A DNA stretch of 64,000 nucleotides, taken from positions 2,069 to 66,068 of IMG/VR virus record IMGVR_UViG_3300033121_002012; one strand, 5' to 3'. The first letter of the stretch is position 1. Each line of letters starts with the position of its first letter. The DNA is from a virus. A program made the position numbers and the translations under genes. Below are positions 38,079-46,639 of this stretch, piece by piece. Below the pieces are notes generated by a model. The model had not been told where the DNA came from and did no database searches. It saw nothing but the letters and a program-made list of their open reading frames with translations.

Positions 38079-39740
38079 TTACTTGGCGACAGGTGCTTGG
38101 CTCAGCCGTTTCACCAGATCGACCGACTCCGAGATATTCCGAACAGACATATCCGTGCGTTCCGTCTTGAGCACCTTGGCCTCAGCAATCGGCTGAGCGC
38201 CTTTACCGTCGGCAGCCTTGGCTTCGTTCGTCACGGCACCCGGCTCCTTGGCAACTTTTCCAGCGTCCGGGCTGCCAGCGCCCTTCTGCTTGTCATCCTT
38301 GATCGCATCCTTGCTGGGCATTTCGCCCTCGGCAGGCTGCTTGCCTTCCACACCGGCTTCGGCCACCGGCTTCTTGCCTTCCAGCGTTTCGCGGATGGCA
38401 ACGATGTGACGGAGACGGCTCGCTTCCTTGAGCGACTTCTGAATCTCCGGGGTTTGGGCCTTCTCCTTGAATTCAAGGACGATCAGGCGGCGGCCCAGTT
38501 CGGTCACGTCTTCGTGATACCGTTGGGCCATGAGATCGAGGGCTTCACACGACGTGTCGAAATCCTTTTCGAGCACGGTGAGCTTCTGCTTGCGGCTTTC
38601 CGCAACGCGCTGCCAGCCCTGACCGCGACGGGTGAGTTCTTCGATCAACTTGACCCGGCTGCCGTCGGACTTGAGCGCTTCGCCCAGCTTTTTCTTGTAC
38701 GTGATTGCAGTCGAGGCGACCGCATTGATGACCTTCATGAGCTTGCCGTTCTGCTCAGTCAGGCGCTTGGATTCCTTCGCCGGTTGGCGCATGGTCGCGG
38801 TCAAGCCCTCGGCCACACCGTCCAGTTCCCGATGGAGCTTCTGAGCTTCCCAAGACCGCTTGGGATCAGCAGCGGCCCACTCGGCAACGTTCTGGTGCAG
38901 TTCTTCGACTTGCGTCAGCGACTCTGCGAACCGCTGGGGCCGCGCATTATCGGCGCTGCGAAGCGCTTCAAGGCGGGCTTTGATGTCATTCAGTTCCATA
39001 GTCTTGCTTGGTTTTGGTTCGATGTTGGCCGGTTTTGCCGAGCCAGATGAAGGCGACGATTCCTTCAAATTGATGGGTGCAGCGGTCGTCGGGGGCGCTA
39101 CAGGGGGTTTAACGGATTCTGCCTGCGGATTCGGAGCCACGGCAGGTGCCATTTTGGCATCGGTGCCGCTGCGATTCGGGGTGAGTTCCGCCTGTTCAAA
39201 ACTGGGTTTGATGACCACATCCCAACCTTCGCAAACGTAGTCTTCCTTCACTTCGTCCACGCCGTCCGGGGCCTTTTCGAGCGAGCCGTAACCCCGGCTG
39301 GAAACCAGCGGATTGTAGCCGCCTTCGATCAAAGCCTTCAGCTTCTTGCCTTCCTCCGTATCGAGCAGGACGATTTCACCAACCACTTCGTGGATCGGTT
39401 GACCGTTGCTGCCTTTGGCCTCGATCATTTCGGCCTTGGTTACGTGGTGGGATATGGGCGAAAGCAGGGTGACAATTCCATCCTTGGGGTGTTCGAGCAG
39501 ACCGAACGCGGCATTGCGGGTGATGGATTCCTGAAGAATGGAGCCGGGTTGAAGATTCTTTTCCCAGACGCGCTTGCTGTAGCGCCGATTGTTCCCATTG
39601 ACACAATCGCATACACTGAAGCGACCGGGAATGCGGGTGAAGTTGCCTCCGTTCGGTCGGCTTTCCGCCACCGGCTGCTTAGTCCGGTCAACAATGAAAG
39701 GAAACGCTCCGGTTACGCCTTCGATCAGGTATTGTCGCAT
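38079..39740 (-). CDS. Prohead protease (gp21-like) fused to scaffold (gp22-like coiled coil)
   Basis: NGNNRRYS, GLLEHP, SHHVT, VSSRGYGS, WDVVIKPS, then a Pro linker and a long coiled coil. Confidence 0.88.
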   Translation of the reverse strand: MRQYLIEGVTGAFPFIVDRTKQPVAESRPNGGNFTRIPGRFSVCDCVNGNNRRYSKRVWEKNLQPGSILQESITRNAAFGLLEHPKDGIVTLLSPISHHVTKAEMIEAKGSNGQPIHEVVGEIVLLDTEEGKKLKALIEGGYNPLVSSRGYGSLEKAPDGVDEVKEDYVCEGWDVVIKPSFEQAELTPNRSGTDAKMAPAVAPNPQAESVKPPVAPPTTAAPINLKESSPSSGSAKPANIEPKPSKTMELNDIKARLEALRSADNARPQRFAESLTQVEELHQNVAEWAAADPKRSWEAQKLHRELDGVAEGLTATMRQPAKESKRLTEQNGKLMKVINAVASTAITYKKKLGEALKSDGSRVKLIEELTRRGQGWQRVAESRKQKLTVLEKDFDTSCEALDLMAQRYHEDVTELGRRLIVLEFKEKAQTPEIQKSLKEASRLRHIVAIRETLEGKKPVAEAGVEGKQPAEGEMPSKDAIKDDKQKGAGSPDAGKVAKEPGAVTNEAKAADGKGAQPIAEAKVLKTERTDMSVRNISESVDLVKRLSQAPVAK

Positions 39741-39846
39741 ACAAAATTGTTGCGACTTACAAACAAAGGCTACACCTGACCTGTGTCTACAGACCCCGTT
39801 TCACATCTAAGATGATTGGAACTCCAATCAAAACCCGTCACGTCAC

Positions 39847-40140
39847 TCAGATATTCGGCGAGTGGGGCAGCCGGTTAACGGGCGGGGCTTTTGGATTATT
39901 GATGACAGCTTCCGCACTGCCGAAGTTCCAGACGTGATCGAAAACTTTTTCCATCTTGTCCATGTCGGCACCGCGCACCTTGAACCACAACCTAATTTCT
40001 TCAGGATCAAGTTCCTCCGTGTGTCCGTTGTCGTGTGTAAGCGTGAAAAATTCAGCCCACATTTCGCGGGTAATGCGCACGTGCAATAACCGGTCAGGCA
40101 CGCTGGAAAGGTTAGGTAGAGGGCCAGAGTTTGGTGGCAT
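39847..40140 (-). CDS. Hypothetical protein
   Basis: ORF in the head operon; start uncertain. Confidence 0.5.
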   Translation of the reverse strand: MPPNSGPLPNLSSVPDRLLHVRITREMWAEFFTLTHDNGHTEELDPEEIRLWFKVRGADMDKMEKVFDHVWNFGSAEAVINNPKAPPVNRLPHSPNI

Positions 40141-40870
40141 AAGTTAAGACGTTTGTAAGCACTGCTTGGAACAGATCGTTGTCAACAAGTTCATCTCCAA
40201 CGAGAAACTTGGAATTGTATACAATTTCCGTGACGACCGACTCCGCCCACTCGTTGAAATTCTCCCTGTTTACATCACCTGAGAGCGCCATGCCGACCAG
40301 TTTTTGCTTGGCTTCCGCTGTAAGCACGGCCACGGCGGAAGGCACCTTGTCAATGTAACTCTGAACGTCTACAGGCTCAGGTTCAGGATCGTTTACAGCC
40401 TCCTGCAAGATGGCTTCCACTACCGCAGGTGAACCCTTGACGTGAAAATACTCCGGCTGGCCTTCACACTCGTCAAACGGCGCGTAAGGAGCGCTGACAT
40501 CAAACTGGCGCAGGTAACGGCGGAACATGTTATAGTAGACCGCCAGCTTTGACGGACTGTAGCTGCCGATGTAAAGATCACCGTACTGGCTGATCCAGCG
40601 AGCCACTGTATTCAAAAGCTCAGAGCGGTGTCCGAGGGCATGAGTGCTGCCGGGAAAATGCTGGCGCTGGCTGTCAGGATCAAAGGAACGACCCACGGCA
40701 TTGAGGCTGATCTCGTTGAACTTTACTTCTTCCCCGCTGACATGCCCGCGCCCCCGCCAAAGCCTCAATTCGTAGTCACCGACCCGCGCCGTGTCCAGCA
40801 ATTCGTAGCCTTCCGGCGTGTAGTCGCCTTCAGCATCGAGCAAACAATAGACAAGAGCGCCTGCATTCAT
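40112..40870 (-). CDS. Putative internal head protein
   Basis: N-terminal MNAGALVYCLLDAE; head operon. Confidence 0.55.
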   Translation of the reverse strand: MNAGALVYCLLDAEGDYTPEGYELLDTARVGDYELRLWRGRGHVSGEEVKFNEISLNAVGRSFDPDSQRQHFPGSTHALGHRSELLNTVARWISQYGDLYIGSYSPSKLAVYYNMFRRYLRQFDVSAPYAPFDECEGQPEYFHVKGSPAVVEAILQEAVNDPEPEPVDVQSYIDKVPSAVAVLTAEAKQKLVGMALSGDVNRENFNEWAESVVTEIVYNSKFLVGDELVDNDLFQAVLTNVLTYATKLWPST

Positions 40871-41586
40871 CCAGCAAAACGACGAAAGGCACTGTAGATT
40901 TGACTGCCATCTCCGGTCGTTGGTGGCGGCATGGCTCCACCGCCCTCAAGCAAGCTGGCTGCTTTGGTGGCCGCCTGCTCGAAGACCGGCGATTTAATAC
41001 CCAGCGCGGCGTTGGCCTGTTCTTCCGTCTTGATGGCCCCTGCTGCTTCAAATTCACCGGGCTGGGTGGCTGGCTTGGAAGCACGGTTCCGGCCCAGCAA
41101 CACATCCATCGCTCGAACGGCTGGGTCAGTGCCGTCCTCGGGAGCAGTTTCCGCCGCAGGCGCACGCTCCAGATCAGCCGCCGTAAAACGCTCTGGCCCG
41201 GCAGCACCGGGTAAGGCTGATGGGTCGATGGGTTCCGTCGACTGCGGGGTAACGTCGGGAGCCGTCAACGCGGCATAGGGCGTCTGATACTTCTCCTTGT
41301 CCGCGACCGGATGTGACGGTTCCTGCACGATTTCCTTCGGCTGCTTCAGTGGCTTGCCCACTGTTATTTCGGTGGTGTCCAGTTCTTCGGCTTCGTCCGG
41401 GATGATCCCTTCTTTTTCTTCACTGCCCTCGCCCACCATGCGCTTAACGCTGTCATCAGAAGCTTCCGGTTGGTCTTCTACCGGCTGCCTCATGCGATCT
41501 CGATGGGTACGCCGGGGCACGTTGGCGATCACCGGCACCACGTCATCGGATTCACCCAGCACTCGTGACAACAAGGGATTTTTCAT
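40867..41586 (-). CDS. Acidic putative prohead core protein
   Basis: LLSRVLGES N-terminus, E/P/A-rich. Confidence 0.55.
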   Translation of the reverse strand: MKNPLLSRVLGESDDVVPVIANVPRRTHRDRMRQPVEDQPEASDDSVKRMVGEGSEEKEGIIPDEAEELDTTEITVGKPLKQPKEIVQEPSHPVADKEKYQTPYAALTAPDVTPQSTEPIDPSALPGAAGPERFTAADLERAPAAETAPEDGTDPAVRAMDVLLGRNRASKPATQPGEFEAAGAIKTEEQANAALGIKSPVFEQAATKAASLLEGGGAMPPPTTGDGSQIYSAFRRFAG

Positions 41587-42023
41587 ACCACGGCTTCTTC
41601 CTCGGCGGCACCGCCGACGCGCTGCAACAGGTTTTGATATTCGGGTGGCGTTTCCGGCGGCTCCATGCCTTCCGTATCGGCCAGTTCATCCAGCAGACTG
41701 CCCAACTCACGCCCGGCAGCGTGTCCCAATTGAAAAACCAGATCGACGAAATCGACGTAGTTGGCTTCTGTAAACATCAGCTTGGCCGCCACGCCCATGT
41801 GCTCACCCCGCTGCCACATGGCCACCAATTCCTGAAGGTTCGGCACGGTGCGGCTTAAATTCTGCGGTGCTTGCGGAGCTTCGGGTGCTTCGTCCTCCGC
41901 TTCCGGCGCGTCTTCGTTATCCATCGGAGTACCGGCCTGAGCCGTGGTGGATTTCGGCGGGGGTGCGACCGCCATATCACTGGCTTCCCCCAGCAACCGC
42001 TTCAAATACGGATTGTTCGTCAC
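41583..42023 (-). CDS. Acidic putative prohead core protein
   Basis: YLKRLLGEA N-terminus; GTAGTTA 4 nt upstream. Confidence 0.6.
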   Translation of the reverse strand: MTNNPYLKRLLGEASDMAVAPPPKSTTAQAGTPMDNEDAPEAEDEAPEAPQAPQNLSRTVPNLQELVAMWQRGEHMGVAAKLMFTEANYVDFVDLVFQLGHAAGRELGSLLDELADTEGMEPPETPPEYQNLLQRVGGAAEEEAVV

Positions 42024-42026
42024 GCC

Positions 42027-42929
42027 TTAACTACACAGTCCCGTTGCGATCTTGTAACCGATCTGCTCAAGCTGACGACAAGGAATACCTGCGCCGTAAT
42101 AGCCACTGGCCATCACCGGATACGTCAAGCGGAAGGGACGATAGTAATTCCGAAAACGGTATTCAAAGGCGGCCCGGCGCATCACCTGACTGGCTTCCTG
42201 ATCGGCGTGCGTCCGCGCTGGCCCGGTGACGCTGGTAGCCACGTCTTGGTGCCGGAGCAGTTTGTGCTCGACATCCAGACAGTTCATATCCTGATTCTCG
42301 CAGCGGATACCGCCCGCCATCCGGCAGCGGATCGTGTAGTCACAGTGTTCCTCGCCGAACTTGCCGAACTCGGCGTCGAAATAGCCGACCTTTTCCACCA
42401 GTTCCCGCGTAATCGACATCATGATTCCGGTAAAGCGAGGCATGAACTTCATGCCGTAACCGCGCCAGCGGTAGGTCGTCCACTTGTAGCTCTCGTGGTG
42501 GGTGAAGTCGCAGAAGCAAAAGAGTCCAACACCGGTATCCGTGTGAGCCTGCCCGTAGAATTTTGCAAAGTCGCCCTCCACGTGCAGATCATCATTGCAG
42601 AGCAGCAGATGATCCCAGTCACCGTCCATGAACCATTTCAACGCCCGGTTGCTGTTACCGGTGACACCGAGATTGGTGTCACCCATGAATACCTGCGCGT
42701 TGGGATAAGCCGCCACCGTGGGATCATCCGTTGTATACAACGTTGCCATCAGTTCAGGCCGAAGCGTCGGCAACCGCCCCTTGGTTAGAAAACTTGCTGT
42801 GGCATCCCGCTGGCCGCAGTCTTCAAAGATGGCGGTTTGATACTGCGGGCAATGCTGTTCAATGCCCTGCATCATGGCTTGCAGGGCGTGGAGCCGACGA
42901 TACGTGATGATGGCTATGGCGCTTTTCAC
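42027..42929 (-). CDS. Glycosyltransferase family 2
   Basis: IAIITYRR, IFEDCG, NLGVTGNSN, LLCNDD, VGYFDAEFGKFGEEHCDYTIR. Confidence 0.85.
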   Translation of the reverse strand: MKSAIAIITYRRLHALQAMMQGIEQHCPQYQTAIFEDCGQRDATASFLTKGRLPTLRPELMATLYTTDDPTVAAYPNAQVFMGDTNLGVTGNSNRALKWFMDGDWDHLLLCNDDLHVEGDFAKFYGQAHTDTGVGLFCFCDFTHHESYKWTTYRWRGYGMKFMPRFTGIMMSITRELVEKVGYFDAEFGKFGEEHCDYTIRCRMAGGIRCENQDMNCLDVEHKLLRHQDVATSVTGPARTHADQEASQVMRRAAFEYRFRNYYRPFRLTYPVMASGYYGAGIPCRQLEQIGYKIATGLCS

Positions 42930-42945
42930 GCCTGTAAGAACGCAA

Positions 42946-43185
42946 TTACAGCGTGAACCCGCGCAAGGCTCCGTCCACCACCGTAACCCCCAGCACCCGG
43001 CAACTGGCTTTGGCCTGCGGCTTCACCACCCGGCATTTGACCGGGATGCCGTTCCACTGCGGCGCGACGGACTGTTTCAAAGCCAACGCCGCCAGTGCCA
43101 CCGGATGCACCACGATTTCTTCAGGAAGCCGCTGGTGCTGTGCTCTGAACTGTTCCACCAACTGGCTCAACACTTTTTTCTTCAT
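42946..43185 (-). CDS. Hypothetical protein
   Basis: Short operonic ORF. Confidence 0.5.
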   Translation of the reverse strand: MKKKVLSQLVEQFRAQHQRLPEEIVVHPVALAALALKQSVAPQWNGIPVKCRVVKPQAKASCRVLGVTVVDGALRGFTL

Positions 43186-43354
43186 ACGCTTTCACCGTCG
43201 CACACAACTGCCTGATTTGCTCCTGCTGGATCGCAGTCAACTGCATATACTCGCTGACCGTTTCCACCAGCGCTACGAGCACTTTGCTTCGGTGATGTAG
43301 CGCGGCTGCTTTTAGCTGGGTGACCGCAATTTCTTTTTCCAGTTTTGCATCCAT
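43121..43354 (-). CDS. Small coiled-coil hypothetical protein
   Basis: Start at ATG 43354 (MDAKLEKEIA) after the minus-strand GTTCT. Confidence 0.45.
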   Translation of the reverse strand: MDAKLEKEIAVTQLKAAALHHRSKVLVALVETVSEYMQLTAIQQEQIRQLCATVKAYEEKSVEPVGGTVQSTAPAAS

Positions 43355-43373
43355 TTGGTTCTCAGAACTGAAT

Positions 43374-44921
43374 ATGAGCGATACCGTACCTCTTTTTTCC
43401 CTAGCGTTCACCAGCGTAAGGCCACACGTCATGCCGCAGGTGCTTGAACTTTGGAACAGTCGCAGCACCCTGAACCGGCATGAATGGTGTCTGGGCATTG
43501 ATGAAGGCCATGCCCCGTGCCGGGCGGTGGCCGAGGACTTGGCCCGTAAACATCCCAACGTCAAAATCGCCATCAACACCGGAGATAAAACCTGCGTGGC
43601 GGGCTGGAACGCCGCCGGGGCCATCACCACCGGCAAGATCATTATTGCGGTCGCCGACGACTTCAATCCGCCTCAAGGCTGGGACGCCCTGCTCATGTCG
43701 CTGGAACCAAAGGGCTGGGAAGACGGTGAATTCGTGGTGAAGGTGGAAGACGGCTACGTGCATGACATTTTCGTCCTCTCCATCCTGACGCGCAAACGCT
43801 ACGAGCGTTTCGGCTACCTGTTTTATCCCAAGTATCCGTCCATGTTCAACGACACGGAATTCGGAGCGGTTGCCGTCCGGGATGGCGTAGTCATCGACGC
43901 CAACCATCTGCTTTTTGAACATCTGCATCCCGACTGCAACAAGCGCCCGCGTGATGGTGTCGATCTCGTTCACGCTTCCAAGGAGCGCTGGAACATCGGC
44001 GAAATGCTGTTCAACTTCCGCCGCGCACAGGGTTTTCCCGTTGATGCTGGCCCGCTGGCCGAAAAATACGCGGCAGAACAGGAAGCCAAGAAGCTGTCAG
44101 CGCCAAAAAACAACGACCGTTTCGTCGCCTACATGCAGGTTACCAAGGACGATCTCTGTCTGCTGGATGTCTGCCAGCGCCTCGTGGAAGAAGGCGTCAC
44201 GGATTTCTGCTTCTGCCAGCCTGACCGCTACTGGTCAGGTGAACCACTGGAACCACAGCACACTGCCGACATCGCCGCTGTGCTGCACACGCTACGCACC
44301 GCTGGACATACCGTTCACCACAAAATTTTCAATGTTGACAGCTTCCAGTTTCCCGGTGATACGCGCATTCTGGTCGAAACCCGCGTGCGTAACGAAAGCC
44401 TGCAATGGATTCGTTCCCTCGGCTACCAGCACATCCTGATCGTGGACGGCGACGAACTCTGGATGCCGGGCACGCTGGCTAGCATCAAACCCTACGTGGA
44501 GCAGGGCCATAAAGCGATCAGTGTCCACATGATCCCCGTGATCGGCCTGCCCGGTTATCCCGTGGACGCCGCCACGGATGTAGCCGTTGTATACGTCGGC
44601 CCCGACGTGGTGTTCAAGGTCTGCCGCAGCCCCTACGTGCCCCAAACCATCATCTACCGGCCCTTGATTTTTCACTTCACTGGCACCCGGAAAGACATGG
44701 ACGAAACCATCAAGAAGCACCGGCGCGGCGGGCACTACGATGACCCGGAATACGATTTCGAGGGTTGGATCAAGGACAAGCTGCCGAATATCCGCCCCGG
44801 AATGAAAGATGCCCACATGTACAAGCCCCGTCAAATCTGGCCCCGTGTCCGGGCTTGGCGCTCGGATGAAATGGCCCAGATGCCGGAATCGGTGCGTCCG
44901 TATCTGGGGACTGAGGCATAA
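43374..44921 (+). CDS. Double glycosyltransferase (two GT-A domains)
   Basis: Domain 1: CVAGWNAA...IAVADDFNPP...FEHLHP. Domain 2: ETRVRN...ILIVDGDELW. Confidence 0.75.
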   Translation: MSDTVPLFSLAFTSVRPHVMPQVLELWNSRSTLNRHEWCLGIDEGHAPCRAVAEDLARKHPNVKIAINTGDKTCVAGWNAAGAITTGKIIIAVADDFNPPQGWDALLMSLEPKGWEDGEFVVKVEDGYVHDIFVLSILTRKRYERFGYLFYPKYPSMFNDTEFGAVAVRDGVVIDANHLLFEHLHPDCNKRPRDGVDLVHASKERWNIGEMLFNFRRAQGFPVDAGPLAEKYAAEQEAKKLSAPKNNDRFVAYMQVTKDDLCLLDVCQRLVEEGVTDFCFCQPDRYWSGEPLEPQHTADIAAVLHTLRTAGHTVHHKIFNVDSFQFPGDTRILVETRVRNESLQWIRSLGYQHILIVDGDELWMPGTLASIKPYVEQGHKAISVHMIPVIGLPGYPVDAATDVAVVYVGPDVVFKVCRSPYVPQTIIYRPLIFHFTGTRKDMDETIKKHRRGGHYDDPEYDFEGWIKDKLPNIRPGMKDAHMYKPRQIWPRVRAWRSDEMAQMPESVRPYLGTEA

Positions 44922-44948
44922 CTCAAAAACTCCGTTCTCTACCTCGCA

Positions 44949-46175
44949 ATGATGCCGACCAATTCGCAATGGCTGATCGTTACCGTGAAGGAACCGGTCA
45001 TGTTTCACCAGACTGCCGACGAAACGTGGCTGCTCAATCCCAACCGGCGCTACGTTTTCAACGCCAACCGGCTGGAGCCGATCCAACAGTTCATCGACAC
45101 CACGTCCGAATTGGACGGTGCCTCCCAGTATATCCGGTTGACTGCCGGGCGCGATCTTTCAGGAGCCAAGGTGCTCGTGGAACGCAGCCGGGAGCGCGGC
45201 ATCGGTGATCTGCTTTTTCTCACCGGGCCGCTGAGCTTTCTACACCATGTCAGCGGAGGCCGGGTGGAGATCGACTTCATGGCGTTTGCAGATCGCGGAG
45301 TGGTGCTGACCCACTCCCCGTTGATCCACAACCACTGCGTCAAGTGCGGGCCGCTGGAGTACGACCACCTGAAGATGTACAACTATAGCTGGCTCGTAAA
45401 CACCGTCACGGAGCAGGACTGCGAAGGTGACCAGTTGAATGTATACGATGCCTTGTTCCAACAACTCGGCTACAACCCCAGCGACATTGACGCCCGCTGG
45501 AAACGACCGACCGCTACCTTGGTCGCGGACGATTTCCGCAATCTCGAACAGCTTTACAAGCACGTCTGGGACGCCCGCAAAATCGACCTGCGCCATACCG
45601 GCTATTACGTCGTGGCTCCGTTTGCCAACGCCACCCTGCGCAGCCTGAACTACGGGCGCTGGTTGGAAATCATCAAAGCTCTCAGCACCCGCCGCCCCGT
45701 CATGGTGGTGGGAAATTCTTCACTGCGCCTCCCCGACATGGACATGAGCGCCGGTGAATTCAGCCAGCATGTGGCCAATACCGGCGGCGGGGTGTTTAAT
45801 GCGGTTGACAGCACCACCATCCGGGTGCTGATGGCTCTCATCGCCCGCAGCACCGGTCTGATCTGTCTGGACAGCGCCCCGCTCTACATGGCGCAGGCGG
45901 TCAACACACCCGCCATCAGCATTTGGGGCACCCACGCGCCGGGCGTGCGCATCGGCTACGACAAAAACTACATGGATTTGGCCATCTGGCGCGAAGACGC
46001 GTGCAAGTTCACACCCTGTTTTGCCTTCGGAAAATTTCCCGTCAACAAGTGTCCCTCGGGCATCCGTCAAACGGCTTGCGAAGTTACCAGCGCAGTTTCC
46101 GTGGATGACGTTCTAAAGAGGGTGGACATGATTGAGAGCGCCAACCCGGTGGTCAATAAATTCGCCGCCAAATGA
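44949..46175 (+). CDS. GT9 (ADP-heptose transferase-like) glycosyltransferase
   Basis: RGIGDLLF, APFANATLRS, CLDSAPLYMAQAVNTPAISIWG, C-terminal CxPC..C..C. Confidence 0.8.
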   Translation: MMPTNSQWLIVTVKEPVMFHQTADETWLLNPNRRYVFNANRLEPIQQFIDTTSELDGASQYIRLTAGRDLSGAKVLVERSRERGIGDLLFLTGPLSFLHHVSGGRVEIDFMAFADRGVVLTHSPLIHNHCVKCGPLEYDHLKMYNYSWLVNTVTEQDCEGDQLNVYDALFQQLGYNPSDIDARWKRPTATLVADDFRNLEQLYKHVWDARKIDLRHTGYYVVAPFANATLRSLNYGRWLEIIKALSTRRPVMVVGNSSLRLPDMDMSAGEFSQHVANTGGGVFNAVDSTTIRVLMALIARSTGLICLDSAPLYMAQAVNTPAISIWGTHAPGVRIGYDKNYMDLAIWREDACKFTPCFAFGKFPVNKCPSGIRQTACEVTSAVSVDDVLKRVDMIESANPVVNKFAAK

Positions 46176-46639
46176 AAGAAATCGTACCCAACCTGAAATC
46201 GTTTACGGTCGGCACCGAAACGCTCGATCTGAACTACCTGCTGAATGCCCCGTACGAGGACATCGGAGAAGCAGCGGAAAAAATTCCCGCCGCCATCGGC
46301 TGGCTTGGTTACCACCGGGGTCTGGCGCTGGAGCGCCTGATTGTTTCCGAGCAGGTGTGGAAGAAGGTGGAAGCCCAGCAGTATTTCCGTTTGAAGAATG
46401 GCGGCTTTACCGCCGAAGGTTTGGGCGACAAGCCCACCGAAGAAGCTTTGAAGAAGGCGATCCTGTTGACCCCGGAGGTCACAGCCGCCTGCGACGATTA
46501 TGCCAAACGCAAGCGTCACGCTGAATGGCTCAGCGCCTCCATCGACGCCTTGCAGGCCAAACTGGAACTGGTTCGATCCAGCGAGGCAACCCGGCGTATG
46601 GAACACGAACCTGACCGAAACCGCAGAACTGTTGTATGA
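46172..46639 (+). CDS. UvsY-like recombination mediator
   Basis: Helical protein KPTEEALKKAIL...IDALQAK directly upstream of SSB and RecA. Confidence 0.6.
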   Translation: MKEIVPNLKSFTVGTETLDLNYLLNAPYEDIGEAAEKIPAAIGWLGYHRGLALERLIVSEQVWKKVEAQQYFRLKNGGFTAEGLGDKPTEEALKKAILLTPEVTAACDDYAKRKRHAEWLSASIDALQAKLELVRSSEATRRMEHEPDRNRRTVV

